From positions 82,274,001 to 82,338,000 of the forward strand of contig OX597822.1 in NCBI GenBank assembly GCA_951406725.2: DNA of 64,000 bases, written 5' to 3'. The number at the start of each line of letters is the position of its first letter. The stretch's first letter is position 1. Below are positions 39,844 to 51,371 of this stretch, in pieces. The DNA comes from Octopus vulgaris. Taxonomy: Eukaryota. The position numbers were made by a program, and so were the translations under genes. The notes under the pieces were generated by a model. The model searched no databases. It saw only the letters and a list, made by a program, of their open reading frames with translations, and was not told the DNA's origin.

Positions 39844-40745
39844 TTGTATATGCTATATATGTATATGCATACATGTATAGATGTACATATATATAATATT
39901 ATTCATATACATGTATGTACGCACACACACTCACACACACACATATATGAAAATAGATATGCATACATGTTGAATGTCCAGGCTTGTTGTAAATACAGTG
40001 GCAAGCCCATACCCATCCATGTGAGTATAGAAGAACGTACATTAAACACACACATACACACACACACACACACAACTAACTGAATGTGAAATCATTCGTC
40101 ACTGGTTATGACGTGTGTATGTTGTGCATATGTGCATGAGAATGCATGTCCATGTTGTGTGAATTCGAAATATGATATGCATGTATAGTGTGGGTGGATG
40201 GGTGGGTGGATGTTATTTACAGCTGGATTTCTGTTTGCATTGTGGGTAATTTTGTTGGCTTTTATGAAAGTTTGTTGACTGTATCCAAGACATTCTTGGA
40301 AAATGTTGACCAAAACTCTTGGATATTCCAATGATATATTGTTTTGTCAGTGTTTACTCAGACGTTTTTAATTAACACTGGAGTCATTAGAATCATGTCA
40401 TTATTATTATCATCATCATCATCATCACCATCATCACCATTTTCATTATTGTGTTTGATAGTTTTGTTACTGTAAATGTCATCGTTGTTTTCTTTTTATC
40501 CTTTTTATTGCTGTTGTTGTCCATTCATGATGATGATGATCATCATCATCATCACTGTCATCATCATCGTCGTTGTTGTTATTATCATTGTCATTATTAT
40601 TATTGCTGTCGTCATCATCGTCGTCATCATCATCATCTTTGTTGCTGTTGTTATAATAATAATTATCACCGTCGTCATCAGCGTTGTCGTCATCATCATC
40701 ATCACTGTCATTGTCATTGTTATCTCCATCATCATCGTTGTCATC

Positions 40746-40785
<40 letters not shown>

Positions 40786-41292
40786 CCACCACCATCATCA
40801 TCATCACTGCTACTGTTATCTTTCTTGTTGTTTGGCCAGCCTTAACTGAGCAGGAGGCCTATGATCAAAAGCATTCATTTCATCCGCACCAATGCTAGTC
40901 ATTGACTTCTTTTTAATTATTTAATATAATATATCTGAGTCCTGCTTTGTTTAAGAGGTTAGGTTTTAATTCGTGGGACATTTGACAGCTGTTTCCAGCA
41001 GCTTGAGCTACCACTTTGAGGCTTCCCTCTGTCAATGTCATCTCTGCTGGTGATGTTTTCATTGTCCACTCATCATCAGTAGCAGCAGCATCATTGTTGT
41101 TGCTGATGCTGCTGTTGTTGTTGTTGGTGGTGGTGGCAATGATGTTACCACCACCACCACCACCACCATACATCATCAGCATCATAATTCCCATGATTTG
41201 ATTGTAGTTGTCATCATGCAGATATCTGCTGGCATCATCAAATTAATGACTGTCCATTTATTTTTGTAAACAGCATCAACATCTTCATCATC

Positions 41293-41324
<32 letters not shown>

Positions 41325-41633
41325 TACCATCATTATCATCATCATCATCATCTCCCGCATCAGCTGTTGCCTCTTCAATCATTATCATAATAAGGGTTGC
41401 ATCCAACATCATTCTAATCACTAACAGAGAAGAAAGTTAACAGGATTGGTAAACTGTCAAACAATATTCTTTGAAGAATTCCATCATGCCTCTTTAGATA
41501 ATTTCTGAGTTTAAGTTTCCTTGAGGTCAATTCTAGCTTTCACTCTTCTGGGAATGATAAGTACTTCCCAGAAAGTATTAGAAAAAAAAGTATCTTTGAT
41601 ATGAGGTATGTCTGAAAAGAAACAGAAATGAGG

Positions 41634-43186
41634 TCACCTGCATTTGAAGGTACACCTCTGAGAGGTCTAACATTGAAAAAATTTTCCCTCCATTTAGTTT
41701 AGCAAATTCTTCTAGTGGGCTTCATTGTGAGTAACTGCGTTTGAGTAGACAGCTATTTAATCCGGTTGAGAAGTCTGCACACGCACTTAGCTTATTATTA
41801 TTTTTTTTTTACATGGTCTGCGTGGTCAATCTTTTCAATTATATTCAGACTATCCAACCTTTCTAGTTCTTTATTGACCTGGTCTACCTCCACAAACGGC
41901 ACGATCAGACCTAGAAATAGGTGTTGAATTTTTTTTTTGATACCAATCTTTACTTTCGTTTTTGTGCAACAGCCTAAACCTTCCACAAAAACTTTTGGGA
42001 AAGTTTCTTTTGTTTTTTTTTTTTTGTCTCAGTTCATCAACCTCGTTTGATCTCTTGACTCCTCCATTTACATTATTGCACAAAACGCTTATGGATGTAT
42101 CTCATAAATTAAATTTATCCATACATTCAATGCCAAATAAATTCATGGATTTTTTTTAACACATAAACATTCACTTTTTTGGTTTGACCTTTGAACATCA
42201 TATTACAAATGCATTCACCCGTGACGTATAATTTTTTTCCCTCTAACACCATACATAATTTGGACTACATAATTTTGGTTTACCCATTTATTCTCATGTT
42301 TTCCTCATTTATGATTGTGATGTCACTGCATTCTGACGTTAGTGGTTTCAATTCTCACATTCATGAATTTTCTGTTTGTTATAATCACCACTTTTCCAGC
42401 TGACAAACTATTTATGTTTTTCTTGTTTGTGCCATTTTCCTATCATTCTAGTTTTACAGTATGATTTTATATGTTCTGTACACCTGCAACAAACACAATT
42501 TGCTTTTTTATATGGACAATCTTTTTTCAGGTGCATCCCACCACATGCCATTACATGGGTCTATATCCTGATAGTTTTTCTGTTTTTCCTGAAACACTTT
42601 GTCTTCTGACTTTTTTTGCACTGGTCTTATGTAAAAACACTCTTCCCATTGAATTTCTTCCATGTCATGCCTTAATTTTAATATCATATCACACTCTATT
42701 GACAGTTTCTGTAATGTCAAATCCTGGTTCATTTCCAGTTTTGCTAGAATTTTCATTCAGATTTCTGCATCCTTTTTATCTGTCAATCTTGACATTCTTT
42801 TTAAAAAATTTGTTCAAATCTTCAAAAGTAAGCCTCAGTGGTTACTCCTTCTTCAGGGTCATACTTGAATCCACTTATGGAATTTGCTACATGATCAGGC
42901 AAAAATGTATTCTCTGGTTTGGTTATCAACTTCTTTAGTCGTAACATTTATTGCTGCAATCCTTGTTGTTGTTCTCATTGTTCCTTCAGTTGTTGTTGTT
43001 GCTGTTTTTGCAACTCAACTACCTCAGCTAACAAGTCTTCCATGTTTTATGATTTTCGTAAGTTTGCACAACAAGATTTTTGTTTCTTTTTTGTCGAGTT
43101 AATTAATTTTTCACGCGAATTAGTTTAACCTCTCCATCTGAATGTTTTTTTTCACTCCATGTAAATTTGTTTTTCCTTTCTGCCAC
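41634..43186 (-). pseudogene. Decayed Ty3/Gypsy gag-pol (gag to N-terminal RT), 3' truncated
   Basis: Minus strand: ILAKLEMNQDLTLQKLSIEC (gag-like), VPFVEVDQVNKELERLDSLNIIEKID, and CADFSTGLN...EEFAKLNEGKFF-LDLSEVYLQM (Gypsy RT); many stops and frameshifts. Confidence 0.85.
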
Positions 43187-43474
43187 TGTTGTGAAGTGGG
43201 TTCCTCCCACTGGTGTGATGCATGACTGCCGTTGTACTGTAGTTGCTGTTTTACACTAGTAGCCACAATAGTTACTAGTCATTGGATACCGTTGTATCTC
43301 TTTGTACCAGAATAGTAGTACACTAACTTTTTCTCCACAAGACACTGACTAGGACTGTCAACTCTCAACTCTTGGACTCTCGACCCTCTCTTGATGACTG
43401 GCTACTGATCTATTTATAATGGCTGGCTCCAACCACTTTTTACCAGGAGGGGTATACAGTTTCACTATACAACA
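43187..43474 (-). mobile_element. 5' LTR of the Gypsy element (288 bp)
   Basis: TGTTGT...ACAACA termini; TATAAATA on the minus strand near 43411-43418; followed by PBS-like GTGGCAGAAAGG. Confidence 0.8.
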
Positions 43475-44156
43475 GTTCCCCCACAACTACTTGACAATTG
43501 GTTTGTTTACATCCCCATAACTTAGCAGTTTGGCAAAGGAGACTGATAGAATAAATACTAGGCTTTAAAAAAAAGGTACTTGTGTCAATTCTTCAAGATG
43601 GTGTCCCAGCATGACCACAACCTAATTACTGACACAATTAAAAGGTTAAAGATAAAAGTATATATAGATACAGTTATGTATATACAGGTATAGATATAGA
43701 TATATGTGTGTGCGCATACATATATAAATGCATTTATATATAAGGTGGGGGTGAGAAAGAGAGAGAGGGGATGAGAAGACAAAAACATAGGAGAGAGAGA
43801 TAGTGATTGATAATGTAGTGTGTGAAAGTATGTTTGCTGTTAAGTGCTTAAAGGCTTAACTGACTTAATCCACCACCCCCACCTCCATCACCACCACCAC
43901 CACCGCACCAATGACTATCTGTGAGTTAAGATAATTATAGGTTATCTTAGTTTTTTTTTTTTAATATGTTACACCTGACCCTGAAGCAACAACGTAAAAT
44001 TTAATTTCAAATGGGGGAATTTACCATGTCAATTACTGGGGGCTCTTTATCTTGGTCTTAGTATGACTAACAATCTTCAGTAGAAATATGAAAGCATAAT
44101 TACTGATTTATATTTAAGAGATGAGGAATTATGTACATTATTTACATTAGTTACAC

Positions 44157-44238
44157 GGGCATATGGCGTAGTGGTTAAGAGTGCAGGCTACTAACCTCAA
44201 GATTCTGAGTTCGATTCCAGGTAGTGACCTGGATGATG

Positions 44239-44274
<36 letters not shown>

Positions 44275-44411
44275 TCGAAAAATACCTTAGGAATGAGAAT
44301 CCGGGTTCAAAATTTCCCAAGACACCTGAAGAAGACTGGAGAGTATATCAGCCGAAACGTTGTGTTAACAACAAACAAGATGAGGGCAAATAAATGTCAA
44401 ATGTAAATAAT
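44157..44411 (+). mobile_element. Family D: tRNA-headed SINE-like element with (AAT)n linker and hammerhead-bearing tail
   Basis: A-box TGGCGTAGTGG and B-box GAGTTCGATTCC; colinear with 51114-51371. Confidence 0.85.
44321..44366 (+). ncRNA. Minimal type I hammerhead ribozyme motif
   Basis: Stem I GACAC/GTGTT; CTGAAGA+A; stem II GACTG/CAGCC (1 mismatch); GAAA; palindromic AACGTT stem III. Confidence 0.7.
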
Positions 44412-45271
44412 ATATATATATATATACACCCCAAGATTCTGATGACGACGACAATGGTAGTGATGATGACCCTATACACAATGATGTACTTTTGGAAGGA
44501 AATTTAGTAATGGCCACCCTAAGCATAGGTCATGTTAAACTTCGAGAAACATTACCTTGTGAAAGATTTTTATTCATATTTTAAGACACCCCCAGCTCAC
44601 TCCTACAGAGAGATGTGGCCAAATTAATCTCAGTGCTAGTTCTTTAATATTTATTGAAGAAATTTGTCCATGCACACACACACACATGTATACATATTCA
44701 ACCAGGAATTACCTTTATGTTCAGTAAGTAGCTTACAACTTTAAACTGAACATGATATGAATAATGAGAGATGTTTAAAACCCCTCAACTAGCACTTACA
44801 TAATAAAATCATTAACGTCACTTTTTTCTAACACCACAGCTGCCAATGAAGTCAGAGGTGTTGTACTAAATGACACATGCTCAAATTTCTCAGCTGAACT
44901 GCCAAAAGAAAAAAAAAAGACAAAAACAGAAAATCACTTAGCTATAATTGTTAGTAACTCTCAAGAAAAATATTAAAATAAAATAAAAGACAGTTATGGT
45001 GGTGTGATTTCAAGAAATTAAGAATATCATCAGAAAATTAATATTCATATGCTTAGAGAAAAATCTGATCTTCGTTAGCTGGCAAAGAAACAGCCACAGA
45101 TATGTTACAGACTCACTGGATCTTGTTGGTGAGTTATAGCCAGACATTGGCCTGCTTTGTCAAGGATTTTAAAGAAACATTGAAGAAGTGGTTTGTTCCC
45201 AGAGAGATAATTATTGTAAAGGAGATAATCACTTCTGGATTAACTCTTTTCTATTCAAACTTGTCATATCT

Positions 45272-45492
45272 AGTTCCTACTCTAGGCACAAGGCCCGAAA
45301 TATTTTTTTGGTAGGGGAGGGACCAGTCAATTAGCTTGACCCTAGTATGCAACTGGTACTTAATTTATCGACCCTGAAAGGCTGAAAGACAAAGTCGACC
45401 TTGGTGGAATTTGAACTCAGAACGTAAAGACAAACGAAATACCGTTAAGCATTTCACCCAGTGTGTTAATGTTTCTGCCAGCTCGCCGCCTT
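45272..45492 (-). mobile_element. SINE family A inserted into a piggyBac-type MITE (45240-45702)
   Basis: TSD-like aaacttgtcatatc / aaactagtcatatc on either side; host ends 'ttaactcttt' and 'agagagttaa'. Confidence 0.85.
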
Positions 45493-45920
45493 AAACTAGT
45501 CATATCCTGCCAAAATATTTTCCCTGTTTTATGTTCAAACCAGTTAGACCTGGCCTCTCACACCTACCCGACAATGTCCTTCCAAAAATAAGCAATCACA
45601 TTATGAAAATCTTGAAATTACTAGATAATGCATGATTAATTCAAAACAACGTGAAAAAACATAATACTTTACTGAGTAATAAGAATAATGCTAGAGAGTT
45701 AAGAATACAGATATTGAATATTTTTTCTACTCATTACAAAATCTTAATTACTTTTGTCTTAGATAGCACTGTATTTCATCCTTGTTTGAATTCATCACCA
45801 TAACATAACCCTAGACAAACAGATTACACTAAATGAAGCATTTTATGAAGTGAGACAGTTTAGAAAAGATTCAGTTATGATGAGCTTCAACCAGTAAAAA
45901 TTTTCATAATCTAAAGGCTC

Positions 45921-46312
45921 CAGTGCCAGTGGCATGTCAAAAGCACCATTCGAGCGTGATTGCTGCCAGCATTGCCTTACCGGCACATGTGCCAGTGGCA
46001 TGTGATGAACAACATTTGAGCATGGCTGTTGCCAGTGCTGCCGGACAGGCTCTCATGCAGGTAGCACATAAAAAACATATTTTGAGCATGGTCATTGCCA
46101 GAAACGCCTGACTGGCCCTCGTGCCAGTGGCACGTAAAAGCACCCACTACACTCTCATAGTGGTTGGCGTTAGGAAGGGCACCCAGCTGTAGAAACTTTG
46201 CCAGAGCAGATTGAGCCTGGTGCAGCCTCTGGCTCACCAGTCCTCAGTCAAACTATCCCACCCATGCCAGCATGGAAAGTGGACGTTAACCGACGACAAT
46301 GATGATGATGAT
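45921..46312 (+). mobile_element. Family C element with diverged 5' tandem units
   Basis: Repeated 'gtgccagtggca(c/t)gt' units, then the C body and (GAT)n tail. Confidence 0.8.
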
Positions 46313-46553
46313 GAAAAATATGAAGAACCAAGTAAGAAAACTCAAATACACAAATGATGTCATATATGAGTTGATGCCATGAGTAACAAAAACACCCAGG
46401 TATGAAAAATATTGCACCAAGTATGGACTGAACTGTGACTCCATGTTCAGTGCTTGGGCAAGTGGCTTCTACTACAGCCCCAGGCCTAGCAATGCCTTGA
46501 GGGTGAATTTGGTTGATGGAAACTGTATGAAGATCCATCATGTGTGTGTAGGT

Positions 46554-46602
<49 letters not shown>

Positions 46603-47530
46603 TGTACATGTGTGTTTGTGTGTGTTTATGTATGTATGTATGTATGTACATATGCATGTATATACATATCTATGTGTACACACATGCAGACACAAACACA
46701 TGCACCCAAAGGGCTTCTTCCAGTTTCTGGCAACCAAATCTACTCACTGTCCATTGTCCAGCGCTACAATAAAAGAAACATGCCCCAAATGGCATGCACT
46801 ATGTTAACACTAGATTTTTTTAAACCATTGTTACTCAAGCAGATGGTGTCTTTGAATTCTTTAATCACCAACCTTTTCTAGAACTGTTTTCCTTCCTTTA
46901 CTTTCATTTTGTTTGCTTTAGCCTTGTCATCTTTTGCCTTTCCCTTTTGAGATGTCAAGAAAAAATAAAGAGGAGTGTTTGAGGAAGAAAAAGGATTAAA
47001 AGAAAAGAAAAATACAAAAGCACACACAAGAAGAAAAAAAAACTACAAAAGAGAGAAGAAAATATAAAAGAGACAAGAAATGGTTGCAAACAAAAAAGGC
47101 AGCTAATTTACTTGAATCAAGTTTTTCTAACACTTAAGATATAATAGACAGGTTCCGGTCAAATAAGAAACAGCAAAAAGTTCTATGGTTGTCTCTACGA
47201 TAGGGAGCAATTACTGTTTCCTGCCAAAATGTGTCAGAAGACTTGTTACTAACTTTCTTCCAACTTTAATTCTATAAATAAATTTCAAAAGCTATATTTA
47301 GTCTCACATACTTTCCGTTTTCATCTTTCTATCTTTCTTTTACATTCTCTTCCCCACTTCTCTCTTTCTTTTTCTCTCTCTCTCCCTTCTCTCCCCCTCT
47401 CTCTCTTTTATTGTCCACCTATTTTCTCTCCCTTTTTTCTCCTTTATAATCACACAAATCACACATCTATACAAACTACCCACCATTTGTTGCACCCTGT
47501 ATTGACATCTTATTCAAACACACATACACA

Positions 47531-47562
<32 letters not shown>

Positions 47563-47867
47563 ACACAGAGTTTTTGTTTTTCTTATATTCATCACTTCCA
47601 TCTGTCAGTCTCTCTCCCTTTCGAATTTGAGGGGAGGGGGAAGTCAATTACATAAGCATTTGACAACAAGTGTTACTTTTCATTACATCCCCCCCCCTAT
47701 AATCTAGCCGTTTGGCAGAAGAGACCAACAGAATAAGTACTAAAGTTAACAATCAACTGGGGTTGATTTCGTCAACTAAACTCTTCAGGCTGCTGCCACA
47801 GCATGGCCACAGTCCAGTGTCTGAAACAAGTAAAAGATAAAAGATATATATATAACATACATATATG

Positions 47868-48032
47868 TGGAGGCGCAATGGCCCAGTGGTTAGGGCAGCG
47901 GACTTGCGGTCGTAGGATCGCGGTTTCGATTCCCAGACCGGGCGTTGTGTGTGTTTATTGAGCGAAAACACCTAAAGCTCCACGAGGCTCCGGCAGGGGA
48001 TGGTGGTGATCCCTGCTGTACTTTCACCACTC
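47868..48032 (+). mobile_element. Young tRNA-derived SINE 5' part (distinct head)
   Basis: A-box TGGCCCAGTGG and B-box GGTTTCGATTCC, followed by a non-tRNA body; acceptor stem not formed; CpG-rich. Confidence 0.75.
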
Positions 48033-48120
48033 TAAAAGGCGGTGCTCCAGCATGGCCGCAGTCAAATGACTGAAACAAGTACAAAAAAAAAAAAAAAATA
48101 TATGTGTATATACATATATA

Positions 48121-48327
48121 ATGTGACCGCGTGTGTACCGTTGGCGATTTTTTTTCCTCCGTCTTCCTTTCTTTGGATCTTTCCTTTTCCTATGTTTCTG
48201 ATGAAGAGCTCCGCTCGAAATGTTAAACCCTCCTTCATTCCTTCTTTCCTAAGCATCCAATAATACTATACTTGTTCCATGCTCTCGTATTGTGTTTTCT
48301 CTTTGTGTTTTCATGTTTGGATTAACT
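48121..48327 (+). mobile_element. (TA)n-flanked Penelope-like pLTR fragment
   Basis: Pyrimidine-rich ~205-bp block containing a hammerhead motif, with (TA)n on both sides. Confidence 0.6.
48194..48228 (+). ncRNA. Minimal type I hammerhead ribozyme motif
   Basis: GTTT-CTGATGA-A-GAGC(TCC)GCTC-GAAA-TGTT-AAAC; stem I GTTT/AAAC; stem III AATGTT is a likely CpG-decayed AACGTT. Confidence 0.7.
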
Positions 48328-48428
48328 ATATATATATATATATATATATATACAAACAAACACACACATACATATATATATACATACATACATATATATG
48401 TATGTATATATGTATGTATGTATGTATA

Positions 48429-48464
<36 letters not shown>

Positions 48465-48739
48465 CACATACATATATATACACATACATATATATATACA
48501 CATGTGTGCATGTATATATACATAAGGTCTTGGTCATTGCCTCTGAGAGGCCCAACACTCAAAAGGAGCTCAGCCACTTTGCCTCCAGTATCGACCAGAC
48601 TATTGGATGTTGTTATACATCGCTGCCACAATGTACTTTGCTTTGTTTTAGCTTTCAAGTGATGCCACCCTGCTGGCTAGGGGAGCAGGCCGACATTGCT
48701 CCTAATCAGAAGGCCATTCTGTTGCAGGGTGACTCCTTT

Positions 48740-48870
48740 ACAGCTAATTGAACTGGAACAATGTGAAACGGGGCATTTTGCTCAAGAACACAATATACAG
48801 CCGGTCTGGGAATCGAAACCACAATCCTGCACTCATGAGTCCAACACACTTAACCACTAGGCCAGACACC
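48740..48870 (-). mobile_element. SINE family E-like 5' part
   Basis: 'ttgctcaagaacacaa...gggaatcgaaaccacaatc...taaccactaggcca'. Confidence 0.65.
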
Positions 48871-50121
48871 ATCACACATACACACATGTATATGATTACC
48901 TGGATAGCTGTACAGAGAGAAAGAAAAAGAGAGAGAGGGGGAGAGAGGGAGAGAGAGAGAGAGATGGTACAGAGGTAATTACTCTTTGTGGGGTATATTT
49001 GTAGGATTTGAGCAATCTGCTTAGTTGCTGAAGAGATTTAAGATTTCAATCAAGATGTCACACAATTGGCACAGATACTCCAAGTTACCTCTATATTTGG
49101 ACCTGGTCTGTTTTCTTGCCAAAATATCTCTATTTTGTCCAGCACAGCCATGAGAGTTCATTCGGTTCCTCCGTCATTGAACTTTTCAGCAAGGATTTTG
49201 ACCTTTATCGTGTTTTCGGTTTTGTGTTATTTTGGTTTGTTCCGTTTATTTAATTATTTACGTTTGGAAGTGAACATGGAAGAAGAAGAAGGTGAGTAGC
49301 AAGTGATGATGAAGTTGTGGGTTGAAACAATGATGATGACAATCACAACAACGATGACGATGATGATAGTGGTGATGATGGTGGTCATCGTGGTGATGAT
49401 AATGGTGATGGTGATGATGATGATGCTGATGCTCATGATGAGGATGATGATGAGGATGATGTTGATGATGATGATGATGATGATGATGACGATGTTGATG
49501 ATGATGATGAAGATGATGATGATGATGAAGACGACGATGATGATGATGATGGTGGTGGTGGTGGTGGTGATAATGACAATGATGATGGAGTAAGATAAGT
49601 GTGAAAAGATGATGGTGATGATGATGATGATGACAGAAAATGATAGTGCAGACAGGAAAAGAGACTGTTAATGACAGATTTGTGGTTGATATGTGTGAGG
49701 CATAAAAGTTTAAGATTGATGATGGGATAGTGTTGTTGATAGTGGTAGTGGTGGTGTTAATGATGACGATGATGATGATGGCGGTGATGATGACGACAAT
49801 GATGATGATGATTGTGGTAATGATGGTGATGATGAGGATGGCAGTGATGGCGACAGTGGTGCTGGTGGTGGTGGTGGTGGTGGTGATGAGATGGATGAAG
49901 TAGAGGATTGTAATGATGGTGGTGGTAGTGATGATGAAGGGATTAACTGTGAGGAATAGAGATGATAACATAAGATAATGGGATACAATATACAAAAAGG
50001 GGCTGGTATTTAGGGTAATACGATGATATTAATTTCACTAATGGATATTATTGGGTGGTGGGGAGGGTAAATGGATGATGATGATGATGATAGGAGAGGT
50101 GGGAGAAAGCAGTAACACTGA

Positions 50122-50162
<41 letters not shown>

Positions 50163-51113
50163 ATAGCAGTAGCAGCAGCAGCAGTAGTAGTAGTTAATCA
50201 AAATGGAGACTCAAAAGCATGAGAATGATGATGATGATGATAATTCTGCTACTGAAGATTCTTTTGATGGTGATGATGATGATGAGGAGGAGGAGGAGGA
50301 GGAGTTAGATGATGGTGTGGATGAGGACGGTAATATTAATGATGATGGTGATAAGGGTGATGATGATGAGGAGGAGGAGGAAGCAGAGGAGGATGGCAAT
50401 ATTAATGATGATGGTGATAAGGGTGATGATGATGATGATGAGGAGGAGGAGGAGGAGGAGGAGGAGGAGGTAAATGATGGTGTGGATGAGGATGGCAATA
50501 TCAATGATGATGATGATGAATGATGAGGAATGATTAAGCTGGATTAGCAGGTGGAGATAATTGATGGAAATAAGTTTGATACAAATGGCTAAATCCGACC
50601 AGTAACGTCCCGTTTCCTCTTCTGTTATTTAAATAGAAGAAATAGTTGAGCCAATACAAACCAGAATGCTAAAGAATGGAAACAAATGGCAAATTGTTCT
50701 GCATCCATCTGAAGCAATGCACCGCAAACATATTTATAGCCATAAATAAATATATTAGGCTACTAATCGTAACTATTATAGAAATCTATAATTACTATTG
50801 CCTTTAGTATTATTTATAAAAACCAGCGATAACTATTATAGTTGCCAAGATGAGACAGCCTGCTATTTCTAGTATGTTACATGACATGCTACAAATAGCT
50901 CCCAAATCACCCTCAAATCTTTATAAGGATTGCTTTACATGCTAGGAATGGCGGATGAATCTCCCTCAAATTACATGCAATGGAGATTCATGTAAAGGTC
51001 AAATTAAATAACCAAATCTCCTTAAAATCGATCTATGGATTTTAAAAAATTGGAAAGATGCATTGAAAAATATATTTCATGATCTCCATTGGTTATGACA
51101 ACAAGTATTCCAT

Positions 51114-51183
51114 GGGCATATGGCACAGTGTTTAAGAGTGCGGCTACTAACCCCAAGATTTTGAGTTCAATTCCAAGAAGTGA

Positions 51184-51230
<47 letters not shown>

Positions 51231-51371
51231 TTAAAAAATATCTTAGGAATGAGAACCCAGATTCGAAATTTCCCCAAGACAACTGAAGAAGGTTGGAGGG
51301 TATATCAGCCGAAACGTTGTGTTAACAACAAACAAGATGTGGACTAATATCCATCAAATGTCAATAATGTA
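51114..51371 (+). mobile_element. Family D element with 14-bp TSD, inserted in a family E SINE
   Basis: AACAAGTATTCCAT at 51100-51113 and 51372-51385; the host SINE continues at 51386-51670. Confidence 0.9.
51278..51323 (+). ncRNA. Minimal type I hammerhead ribozyme motif
   Basis: GACAA-CTGAAGA-A-GGTTG(10 nt)CAGCC-GAAA-CGTT-GTGTT; stem II fully paired with one G-U; stem I has a mismatch at the core-proximal pair. Confidence 0.65.

Noticed and set aside
47868-47945. Apparent tRNA gene (also 44157-44230 and 51114-51186)
   Set aside because: A/B boxes are present but there is no proper acceptor stem and the sequence continues into SINE bodies.
50203-50523. Acidic 106-aa ORF (METQKHENDDDD...)
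   Set aside because: Built from (GAT)n/(GAG)n with internal duplications inside a wider SSR field; no splice or domain support.
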